Shown here: piece by piece, positions 8,564 to 16,470 of the stretch
Position numbering within the stretch: the stretch's first letter is position 1
Layout of the letters: every line of letters begins with the position of its first letter
NCBI GenBank assembly: GCA_964014485.1
Contig: CAXHAT010000154.1
Span: forward strand, 1-19,274
DNA length: 19,274 bases
From: an uncultured Deferribacteres bacterium
GTDB taxonomy: Bacteria > Zhuqueibacterota > Zhuqueibacteria > Zhuqueibacterales > Geothermadaptataceae
Direction of reading: 5' to 3'
Notes under the pieces: generated by a model
The model's input: only the letters and a program-made list of their open reading frames with translations
Told to the model about the DNA's origin: nothing
The model's database searches: none
Program-made: the position numbers and the translations under genes

Positions 8564-10000
8564 ATGGCAAAAGAACGGGTATTGAATATTGACTTTGCGA
8601 CTGCGGCGAGTCCGGATTGGCTCACGAAGCATTTGCCGCAGCATATTTGGCGGGATGACGAACAGCCCGGTTCAGTTCAAAACGTCCAAATCAAAAAAAT
8701 CTGGGAGTCGTCCAAACGTGTGACGGTTTTGTACGACATTGCCTACAACGGCAGCGTTCAGGGCGGTTGTACGCAGCAATACGTCGGCTACATCGTGCCG
8801 GATGACAAGCTCGAAAAAGAATTCAGTCGTACGGCGAAAAAGGCGAAAACAATTCCGCCGGTCGGGAAGCCGGTGGCGTTGCTGAAAGAAGCGAATCTGG
8901 TTTTGGCGGCGTTTCCAAACGAGCGCAGAATGCCATTGATTCAGGTGGATGATTTTGCGCAGTGGCTGCCGAAAAATTTGCAAAACATCTCATTCGGCGA
9001 GTTTCGCGGTCAAACCTGGGACCTACTCGAAGGCGAAATTGAAACGCTGAAATATGTGCCGGACAAGCGCTACACAACAATGTGCAATTTTCGTTTGCGC
9101 GGCAAGAAAGAGGGCGGTTTTGCCAATATTTCCTTTGTCGCCAAACAGTTGGCCGATGATAAAAAAGCGCGCTTTCTGCTCAACAGCTTGCGCAAACTCG
9201 CCCGAGCCTGGGATGGGGCGGCTGAAGCTTCGGATCCCAAATATCGTTTGACCGGCCCGGTGCGAATCCCTCGGCCGCTTGGCAAATTGCCGCACAAACC
9301 GGTTGTTTTCATCGAGACGATTATCGGCCAAAATTTGAAGCATGTGCTCGATGAAATCAATCAAGAACGCGTGCTGCCAAAGACCGGGGCGCTTTTGGCG
9401 AATTTCCACAAAGCGGATCGACGCGTCCGCACAAAGATTACTTGCAGGAACGAAATCGAAGAAGTCCGTGAAACCGGCGGCGTTGTCAGCAAGACGCTGC
9501 CAATGCTTGAAAACAGAATCAAGGCCTTTTTTAAAGCGTGGCGGAGCGTGACCTGGCAAGACGATGCGCCGGAAGTCATTTTGCACGGCTCGTATCGCTT
9601 GAACCACATTTTTATCAATGCAGACGAAGAACTTGCTCTGCTCGATTTGGACAGCGTGCGCATGGGACGCCCGGCCTACGACATTGCGAATTTTATTGCT
9701 TCGAATTACTACCTCGAAGCGCAAGGTCGGTTTTCGGCTGAAGAACGGCGGCGAATTCACGAGCTGTTTCTGCAGGGCTATTGCGAACATACCGGGTTCT
9801 CGATTTCTCAAAAATCCGTGCTCTGGTTTCTGGCCAGTTTGCTCATTAATAAACAAGCGTTTAAGTATGTGAACCACTCCCACGGCGACGCCGCTGAAAA
9901 AGTTGAGCTCATGCTTTCATGGGCGGAAAAATGTCTCGCAAACTGTTTGCGATGTGACGAAACGGCGTTGCTGGATGAATTGAGCGACCTCTTGCCGTGA
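8564..10000 (+). CDS. Aminoglycoside phosphotransferase (APH)/kinase-like family protein with altered catalytic loop
   Basis: 'LKYVPDKRY', 'FVAK', 'VRIPRPLG', 'GALLANFH', Brenner-position 'LHGSYRLNHIF' and 'LLDLDSVRMGRPAYDIANF'. Confidence 0.8.
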   Translation: MAKERVLNIDFATAASPDWLTKHLPQHIWRDDEQPGSVQNVQIKKIWESSKRVTVLYDIAYNGSVQGGCTQQYVGYIVPDDKLEKEFSRTAKKAKTIPPVGKPVALLKEANLVLAAFPNERRMPLIQVDDFAQWLPKNLQNISFGEFRGQTWDLLEGEIETLKYVPDKRYTTMCNFRLRGKKEGGFANISFVAKQLADDKKARFLLNSLRKLARAWDGAAEASDPKYRLTGPVRIPRPLGKLPHKPVVFIETIIGQNLKHVLDEINQERVLPKTGALLANFHKADRRVRTKITCRNEIEEVRETGGVVSKTLPMLENRIKAFFKAWRSVTWQDDAPEVILHGSYRLNHIFINADEELALLDLDSVRMGRPAYDIANFIASNYYLEAQGRFSAEERRRIHELFLQGYCEHTGFSISQKSVLWFLASLLINKQAFKYVNHSHGDAAEKVELMLSWAEKCLANCLRCDETALLDELSDLLP

Positions 10001-10047
10001 GGTAAAGGCGTGTTGGCAGGTTCCCAGACACGCGGTCTTCTGGATTT

Positions 10048-10193
10048 GACGAAAAAGCCCGGAATTGTCATGCTGGATGCATCTTTTTAAATCTAACCGT
10101 TGAACTTTTAGGCATGATCTGTACTGGGCGATAACAAAGATTTTGCTTCGCCGGCCTTTGGCTTTTCAGAATGACAAGACGGGACTTTTCGCC
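10048..10193. repeat. Degenerate GTCAT...ATGAC palindromic element with outer inverted arms
   Basis: TTGTCAT (10065-10071) pairs with ATGACAA (10171-10177). Outer GACGAAAAAGCCCG pairs imperfectly with CGGGACTTTTCGCC. 10063-10088 is 24/26 identical to the reverse complement of 13419-13444. Confidence 0.65.
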
Positions 10194-10272
10194 GGTTCAA
10201 AATTGCAGTTCACAAAAAAATGTCAGGTAGCGAATTGGCGGGTCATTGCAGGGGCGGACGCACGAAGTAAAA

Positions 10273-12456
10273 ATGCGTTTCAAAAAAACGATCTCAAGGT
10301 TGCGAAAGTTGGCCGGGCGGAGTGATTTCCGGCTGGGCGTGATATTTCTGGGACTGGTTCTTATTCCTAGCGGGCTGCTTGGGTATTTTAGCTGGCTCGC
10401 CTTGAAAAACGAAAAGCTGCTTGCCCAGCAAAGGCTTTCGGAGAGCTACCAGCGGCTGGCCAGATTGGCTGCGAACGAATTCGATGAAGAACTTTCCAAG
10501 CTGGAGCAGCGATGGATTAACGCCCTGAAAATCGGCTACCGGACTTTCGAAAAAACGGGCGCTTTCGCGGCGTTCGATAGCTTGCTCCAAGCCGATGACG
10601 TGGTGAAATCCGGGTATTATTTTTCAGCGCCCGGAAAGCTGCTCTATCCCGAAGCTTATCAACTCAAAGACGAGAATTGGGAAGCCGCCGCACAGCCGCA
10701 AGACGCCTTTATTACGGAAGCGGCGTGGTTTGAAAAAGAAATCGCCAGAGCGGAAGATTTTGAGTTGACCTCAAGTCGTTTCGACAGCTCGTACCAAATT
10801 TATGCGAATATTCTGGAAATTGCGACAAGCGAGCAACTAAAGGCGATTGCGCAAAGCCATCTCGGACGCATTCTTTTAAGACAGAAAAGGTGGAACGAAG
10901 CCGAGAACGCTTTCACGGAAATTTTGCAAAATCACGCTGAAATGCGCGATTTGCGCGGCATGTATCTTGGCTTTCTCGCACGCTACCAATTGGCGGTCTG
11001 CTACGAAGGCATGGGGCGTTTTGCCGACGCTCTGGAGATGTTGCTGACGCTGCACCAGGATTTGCTGGATCGCAGCGACGCGATTCACTCCAGCCAGTTT
11101 TCAGATTTTTTTGAGCAAATCAGCGCTTTTGCGCCGGGATTGATTGAGAAGGTTGCGGCCGGGCGGCGCGCACACTACGAATCGTCGTTTGCGAGCTTGG
11201 CGGAGCAAGGAAAACAGCAGGTCAGCCAAAAATATTTTGTCGCCGTTCTCAATCGAAAATTGCAAAAAACGATTGTCGACCGGAAGCGGTTTCGCAAGAA
11301 GTTTCGCTACTATGCGGGCTCCACGGCGGAAGGGCCTTATCTTTTGGCCTGTCGCTACATGCCGGATTCTACGGAAACGCGCTATGACGGCTTGATGGGC
11401 GTGCAGATCGATTTGACCACGCTGCAAACGACCGTCGTTCCGGAAATTCTCAAAAATCTGGATTTTGACGAAGACGCACATTTTAGGCTGGAAACCTGGG
11501 GCCAGGCGCAATCTTCGAGCGACAGCCTGGCTGCACAGAGCGCAATCGCTGAATACGCGCTTAAGGCGCCGTTCGATTTCTGGAAGGTCGCGATTTACGT
11601 GGATAACGAAGACGTCGGTTTTTTTGGCAGGCAATTCGGGACGACGCTTGGGCTGTGGTTCATTTCGATATTGATTTTGAGCATTCTCGCGGGCGTGTGG
11701 GTTTTTGCCAGAAAAGCGCAGCGCGAAGCAAAACTTTCGCGTATGAAGTCGACTTTTGTGTCGAATCTTTCGCATGAGCTGCGCACGCCGCTGACGTCGA
11801 TTCGCATGTTGGCGGAACTCTTGGAAATGCAGCTTGAAAAAACCTCCGGCGAAGCGGTTCAAAAGGTTAAGCAAAAAGGCGGGCAATACCTGGGCGTCAT
11901 CTTGCGCGAGTCGGATCGGCTGAATCGGCTGATCGATAACTTACTCGATTTTTCGCGCATCGAACGCGGAGCCAAAAGTTATCAATTCGTGATCAAGAAC
12001 CCGGCGGACATTTTGCGGGCCGCAATTGACGCTTTCCGCCCGCAGGCTGAGGCGAACGGGTTTAAAATGAATGTGAGCGTGGCGGAAGATTTACCTGCGG
12101 TCAAAGTGGACGCTGACGCGATGTCTCAAGTTATTCTGAATTTGCTTTCGAACGCGGTGAAATATAGCGACGACCGCAAAGTCATCGAGGTGCGCACCAG
12201 GCATGACGCACGGCAAGTTCAAATTGAAGTCGCCGACCAGGGCGTGGGTATGCCGCGAACTGAATTGAAAAAAATATTTAATAGTTTTTATCGCATTGAT
12301 GACGCCTTGAATACGCAAAAGCAGGGCGGGGTTGGCATCGGATTGACGTTGGTCAGGCAAATTGTGGAAGATCATCAAGGCAGCGTCAATGTGACAAGCG
12401 ATCTTGGAGCAGGCTCCGTTTTTACGGTTTCGCTGCCGGCGGCGGAAACGATTTGA
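10273..12456 (+). CDS. Membrane sensor histidine kinase with TPR-like extracytoplasmic domain
   Basis: Two hydrophobic segments (LGVIFLGLVLIPSGLLGYF; LWFISILILSILAGVWVF). H-box SHELRTPLTSI, N-box NLLSNAVKYS, G1 DQGVGM, G2 GGVGIGL. ATG at 10273 is preferred over TTG at 10246. Confidence 0.95.
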   Translation: MRFKKTISRLRKLAGRSDFRLGVIFLGLVLIPSGLLGYFSWLALKNEKLLAQQRLSESYQRLARLAANEFDEELSKLEQRWINALKIGYRTFEKTGAFAAFDSLLQADDVVKSGYYFSAPGKLLYPEAYQLKDENWEAAAQPQDAFITEAAWFEKEIARAEDFELTSSRFDSSYQIYANILEIATSEQLKAIAQSHLGRILLRQKRWNEAENAFTEILQNHAEMRDLRGMYLGFLARYQLAVCYEGMGRFADALEMLLTLHQDLLDRSDAIHSSQFSDFFEQISAFAPGLIEKVAAGRRAHYESSFASLAEQGKQQVSQKYFVAVLNRKLQKTIVDRKRFRKKFRYYAGSTAEGPYLLACRYMPDSTETRYDGLMGVQIDLTTLQTTVVPEILKNLDFDEDAHFRLETWGQAQSSSDSLAAQSAIAEYALKAPFDFWKVAIYVDNEDVGFFGRQFGTTLGLWFISILILSILAGVWVFARKAQREAKLSRMKSTFVSNLSHELRTPLTSIRMLAELLEMQLEKTSGEAVQKVKQKGGQYLGVILRESDRLNRLIDNLLDFSRIERGAKSYQFVIKNPADILRAAIDAFRPQAEANGFKMNVSVAEDLPAVKVDADAMSQVILNLLSNAVKYSDDRKVIEVRTRHDARQVQIEVADQGVGMPRTELKKIFNSFYRIDDALNTQKQGGVGIGLTLVRQIVEDHQGSVNVTSDLGAGSVFTVSLPAAETI

Positions 12457-12539
12457 AGAAAAGGAGAACAAAAAGAAGCTTGAGCGGGAGATGGAGAAAA
12501 TTGTAATGGGCGAGTATTTTTAGCGAGAAGGCGTTAACC

Positions 12540-13286
12540 ATGGAAAGGATTCTGATTGTTGAAGACGACGCAGCGATTTCGCTCGGTCTTGAAAGCGCTC
12601 TTTCGGAAGAAGGGTATGAGGTTCATGTCGCGTCTACGGGCGTTGAAGGATTTCAAATTGTCACGGAGAAGCAGCCGAATTTGGTCGTGCTTGATTTGAT
12701 GATCCCGGGCATGAGCGGCTTTGAAATTTGCAAACGCATTCGCGATGAAGGGCTGACGACGCCGATCATCATGCTGACGGCCAAGGCGGACGAAAACGAC
12801 AAAGTGTTGGGGCTTGAGCTTGGCGCGGACGACTATGTGACCAAGCCGTTCAGCGTGCGTGAATTGCTGGCGAGAATCAAAGCGCATTTGCGGCGAGAAA
12901 ATCGAGTTGAAAAAATGCAGCCCGCCGCGGTCAACGGCGCCGCCGCGAAAACGGGAAATCTCAAACAATTCAGCTTCGGCGCGGCGAAGGTCGATTTCAA
13001 GCGTTTTGAGGTGTTTAAAAACGGCGAGTTGCAGGACGTCACAAATCGCGAGTTCCGCTTGCTGGAATACTTCATCAAGCACCCCGGTGAAGTCTTGACG
13101 CGCGATCGTTTATTGGATGAGATCTGGGGATATGACGTCTACCCGACGACGAGAACGGTGGACAATCACGTTTTGCGCTTACGAAAACATGTTGAGCCCA
13201 ACCCGGAGTCGCCGATTTTCATCAAGACCGTCCGCGGCGCGGGTTATTTGTTTGAGCTTGACGGCTCAGAGCAAGCTACAGTTTGA
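12540..13286 (+). CDS. OmpR/PhoB-family DNA-binding response regulator
   Basis: 'ILIVEDD', 'VLDLMIPGMSG', 'MLTAK', 'GADDYVTKPF', and winged-helix 'LTRDRLLDEIWG...RTVDNHVLRLRK...TVRGAGY'. Confidence 0.97.
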   Translation: MERILIVEDDAAISLGLESALSEEGYEVHVASTGVEGFQIVTEKQPNLVVLDLMIPGMSGFEICKRIRDEGLTTPIIMLTAKADENDKVLGLELGADDYVTKPFSVRELLARIKAHLRRENRVEKMQPAAVNGAAAKTGNLKQFSFGAAKVDFKRFEVFKNGELQDVTNREFRLLEYFIKHPGEVLTRDRLLDEIWGYDVYPTTRTVDNHVLRLRKHVEPNPESPIFIKTVRGAGYLFELDGSEQATV

Positions 13287-13320
13287 AACTTTATGCTCAC
13301 GAAATTGAACTGACTGAATT

Positions 13321-13469
13321 CTAAGAGCGTATTTGGAAAGTCTTTTTTTGTCATTCCGCAGGAATCTTTTTTGGGTAGCCAGGCATGAACGTTCCCGCAA
13401 CTTTTGCGGAAAAGACTAAAAAAGATGCTTCCAACATGACAATTGGAGATTTTCCAAATACGCTCTTAG
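13321..13469. mobile_element. 149-bp MITE-like element with perfect 19-bp terminal inverted repeats
   Basis: CTAAGAGCGTATTTGGAAA (13321-13339) is the exact reverse complement of TTTCCAAATACGCTCTTAG (13451-13469). It encloses a GTCAT...ATGAC palindrome. No transposase is present. Confidence 0.75.
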
Positions 13470-13611
13470 CGATTGGAATTATGGAGCTGTCCGGAGATGG
13501 TTTTTCGAATGACACGAAATCTGCGATTGAGAAGCTACAGTTTCATTGCTGTAATTATCACGACTTTGAATTCCTTTGCCGCCCCTGAAGATAATTTTGT
13601 CATGCTGACGC

Positions 13612-13968
13612 GTGTTACGGCGAAAAATGGCGCCGATTTTCGAACATTTCAATGTGGACATGGTTTTTTCCGGGCATAGCCACAGTTACCAGCGCAGCAA
13701 GCTGAGAAAGGATTTTATCACTTCGAGCAAGGGCGTCTACTACATTGTATCCGGCGGCGCGGGCAAAGGCGCGAACGTCATTGGTCTTGTCGATGAAGAT
13801 TGTCAAACTCCCCCGCTTCGGCAAGCGGCGGTGAAAGACGCTTATCATTTTGTGCAAATTTCAATTGACGGGTCGACGCTGGCGCTCGAAGCCGTCGATA
13901 TGAACGGAGAAATCTTTGACACTTTTACTTATACCAAGGAAACGCCGCAACCGGAGTCTGAAGATTAA
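13612..13968 (+). pseudogene. 5'-truncated purple acid phosphatase paralog (C-terminal ~118 aa)
   Basis: 39/48 identical to the downstream gene over 'RRK...VSGG'. Keeps GHxH but lacks the first four metal motifs. In-frame TGA at 13606-13608 lies upstream. Its stop overlaps the next ATG (TAATG). Confidence 0.8.
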
Positions 13969-15218
13969 TGATTCGAAATTGGAACTTGAGTAAAATGCGA
14001 AATATGTGGGCGGCGCTCCTTTTGGGGGGCATGGTTTCCGCCCTTTCCGCCAACAACGGCGACTTGGTTCGATTGACCAGAGCGCCGTACATTCAGCAAT
14101 GTTCGCCCGATTCGGTGATCATTTCATGGAAAACGAACAAGCCTGTCCCAACGGCGATTGATTTCGATACGGACTACGATTATCAGGGGTTTATCCATGA
14201 CCCGCGAGAGACGGATTTTCACACCGTGACGCTCAGAAATCTTCAATCTGATCAAATGTATTTTTATCGGGTGACTTTTGACGAGCGCACGCTTTACGCC
14301 GGGCATTTCAAAACTTACCCAAGGAAGGACGACGCCGGCTACGAAAGCTTCGCTTTTTTTGCCCTCGGCGACGGCGGGCGGGCTGACGAACATCAGCAGG
14401 AAGTGCGCGATCAAATTCAGCGCTACGTGCTCGAGAATAAGGTCGATTTTGGCATTTACATGGGCGACATTGTTTACAACGACGGGGACGAATTCGCCCA
14501 GGACCCGACCTATTTTACGCCTTACCAAAACATTATAGATCGGCTCGTGATTTGGCCGACCGTCGGCAACCACGATTTGCACGCGGAAGAAGGCGCGCCC
14601 TATTTTCGCAACCGGATTTTGCCGGAGCCGGAGGAGTTTCGATCTCAAAAATTCCCCGAACGGTGGTATGCTTTTCGATATGGCCCGGCGCTCTTTATTG
14701 CCCTTGACAGCACGATCCCCGACGACGAAACGCAAATCAAGTTTCTGAGGAGAACGATCAAACAGCATAAAGACGCGAGGTGGAAATTCGTCAATATGCA
14801 TCACCCGCCTTACGCGACGCCTTATGCGGACAAAGAAGGGTGCAGTCATGTCAGCGAAAAGAAAATTCGCAGAAAGTTCAGCCCATATTTTGAACATTAC
14901 AACGTGGATATGGTTTTTTCAGGCCATAACCACACTTATCAACGCAGCAAATTAAGAAAAGATTTTATCTCGACGAGCAAGGGCGTTTACTATATTGTTT
15001 CCGGCGGCGGGGGGCGCGGCATTCACGCCGTGAACCCAAACGATTACGATTGCCAATCCCCGCCGCTTGAACAAGCCGCAGTTCAAGGGAACACCTATCA
15101 TTTTGTCCATGTCGGTGTTGACGGCCTAACCCTGACGCTGGAAGGCGTCAGTGAAAAAGGTGAAATTTTTGATAGTTTTAAATATACAAAGGAGTTGCCC
15201 GGGAATGCCAGTGAGTGA
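13968..15218 (+). CDS. Secreted purple acid phosphatase-family metallophosphoesterase (FN3-like N-domain + Metallophos)
   Basis: Signal-peptide-like 'WAALLLGGMVSALSA', then 'PYIQ...SVIISWKT...HTVTLRNLQSDQMYFYRV'. All five motifs are present: GDGG, GDIVY, GNHD, MHHPPY, GHNH. Confidence 0.92.
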   Translation: MIRNWNLSKMRNMWAALLLGGMVSALSANNGDLVRLTRAPYIQQCSPDSVIISWKTNKPVPTAIDFDTDYDYQGFIHDPRETDFHTVTLRNLQSDQMYFYRVTFDERTLYAGHFKTYPRKDDAGYESFAFFALGDGGRADEHQQEVRDQIQRYVLENKVDFGIYMGDIVYNDGDEFAQDPTYFTPYQNIIDRLVIWPTVGNHDLHAEEGAPYFRNRILPEPEEFRSQKFPERWYAFRYGPALFIALDSTIPDDETQIKFLRRTIKQHKDARWKFVNMHHPPYATPYADKEGCSHVSEKKIRRKFSPYFEHYNVDMVFSGHNHTYQRSKLRKDFISTSKGVYYIVSGGGGRGIHAVNPNDYDCQSPPLEQAAVQGNTYHFVHVGVDGLTLTLEGVSEKGEIFDSFKYTKELPGNASE

Positions 15219-16275
15219 AGTGAACGATTTAAAAACAGGGGTCAATATTCACGGAGTTCGAATCAACGTTACGTCCAATAACCCAAAGCTCGTGGCGTAC
15301 GCCGGCGAGCACATGGGCGGGCTGACGACTGAACCGACCATCAAGCCGGATATTGAGGTGCATTGCGAGTGGTCGGTCGGCGACTGGGAACCGGAAGCCA
15401 ATCCCTTTGAAACCAACGGCCAGACGCACATCTACGGCAAGCGTATGCTCGGCCAAAACAACGATTTGATTTGGCTGAACACGCTGCGGATGAAAGGCCT
15501 CAAACTGCGTTTTCAGCGCGAAGGCAGCGTTCTAAAATTTCACGTGGACTATTGCTACCATCCAAAGAAAGAGCGCGAAGGGCTGGATTATGAGTACAAG
15601 CGTTACTTCAGCCTGATGAGCTACATGATTTATTACCCGCTCTTTTGGTATCTCGAAAACTTTCGCGGCTGGACGCTTATGCACGCTTCCGCACTGGAAA
15701 CCGAGCACGGCGGCGTCATGATCGGCGGATTGGGCGGGATTGGCAAAACCACCACGTGCATCGCCTTGATTCAGCACGCAAACGCAAAGCTCATTTCTGA
15801 AAACATCATTTTTACGGACGGCCAAAAGCTTTATCCGTGCTACGAGCCGATTCGCTTGAACCCGGACAGCATTGAGATGCTTTCTGAAAATTTTCAGGGC
15901 TTGCGCAAAATGAATTATCCGGAAGGCTTGAAAGATAAGTCGATGTACCACATCAACACCGAAAGCCTGCCGACCAGCGTTCCGGCAAAAGCGCTTTTTA
16001 TGCCCAGCTTTTCGCCGACCCGCTACGTGAAGCCTTATGACACGAAAAAATGCGCCGAAAAAATGGCGGCGGCGAACCGCCTGACGCGCGAAATCGATGA
16101 TTACTACTGGTACGCCAGCGCCCTGGAAATGCTATGGCCGAAAGAAGGACAAAGCGCGTTGCGCGGCGCTGTGATGCACAAACTCGCGGAAACTGCTGCG
16201 TGCTACGAACTCGGCATAGATCGCAACGCCGGCGTCGAAGCAGTGGTGGAAGACATTATGAACAGTATAAAATAA
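15205..16275 (+). CDS. HPr kinase-related P-loop protein
   Basis: 'LMHASAL...GGVMIGGLGGIGKTTT...LISENIIF' follows the HprK-like H-x-S / Walker A / acidic-pair layout. ATG at 15205 follows AAAGGAG (15188-15194) and overlaps the phosphatase 3' end. Confidence 0.7.
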   Translation: MPVSEVNDLKTGVNIHGVRINVTSNNPKLVAYAGEHMGGLTTEPTIKPDIEVHCEWSVGDWEPEANPFETNGQTHIYGKRMLGQNNDLIWLNTLRMKGLKLRFQREGSVLKFHVDYCYHPKKEREGLDYEYKRYFSLMSYMIYYPLFWYLENFRGWTLMHASALETEHGGVMIGGLGGIGKTTTCIALIQHANAKLISENIIFTDGQKLYPCYEPIRLNPDSIEMLSENFQGLRKMNYPEGLKDKSMYHINTESLPTSVPAKALFMPSFSPTRYVKPYDTKKCAEKMAAANRLTREIDDYYWYASALEMLWPKEGQSALRGAVMHKLAETAACYELGIDRNAGVEAVVEDIMNSIK

Positions 16276-16278
16276 CCA

Positions 16279-16434
16279 CGGAGTACAACGCTTCAGCGTT
16301 GAGTTCGGGACTGTCCAAAAACATAAAATTTGCAGAGCGACATGCAACATGTCGTAGGGGTTCAAAATCTTGAACCCCTACATATGGTATGCCTGCTATC
16401 CAGACGCCTTATTTGGGGGCAGTCCCGCACTCCG
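16279..16434. repeat. Nested palindromic repeats including a GTAG-type REP
   Basis: Perfect 12-bp stem GTAGGGGTTCAA-aatc-TTGAACCCCTAC (16354-16381), inside CGGGACTG...CAGTCCCG (16306-16427), inside CGGAGT...ACTCCG (16279-16434). Confidence 0.85.
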
Positions 16435-16470
16435 GAGATTGGAAACGAAGACGAAACCGGAAATTCTAAA

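Noticed and set aside
10063..10226. Pho-box-like TGTCA sites for the OmpR/PhoB regulator
   Set aside because: The TGTCAT copies are ends of palindromic repeats. GTTCAC/TGTCAG at 10208/10221 are 13 nt apart, not the 11-nt direct-repeat period.
13385..13679. Short ORFs 13385-13588, 13473-13679 and 13479-13661
   Set aside because: They overlap the MITE or the truncation junction, have no recognisable motif, and show no similarity to the missing phosphatase N-terminus.
3840..16275. Lasso peptide cluster (Cys-less AsnB-like + HprK-like kinase + sulfotransferase, as in paeninodin-type loci)
   Set aside because: No PqqD/RRE, no transglutaminase-like B2 peptidase and no convincing precursor ORF are in the window, and the AsnB-like protein lacks the TGxGGD Asp. 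It cannot be excluded without the flanking sequence.
16330..16470. 47-aa N-terminal extension of RtcB in the ORF track
   Set aside because: It starts at a TTG inside nested palindromic repeats and translates REP DNA. ATG at 16471 fits the family length better.
16276..16470. tRNA or Y-RNA substrate gene next to rtcB
   Set aside because: No cloverleaf, T-loop GTTCRA in tRNA context or CCA end could be built. The structure is explained by nested REP-like palindromes.
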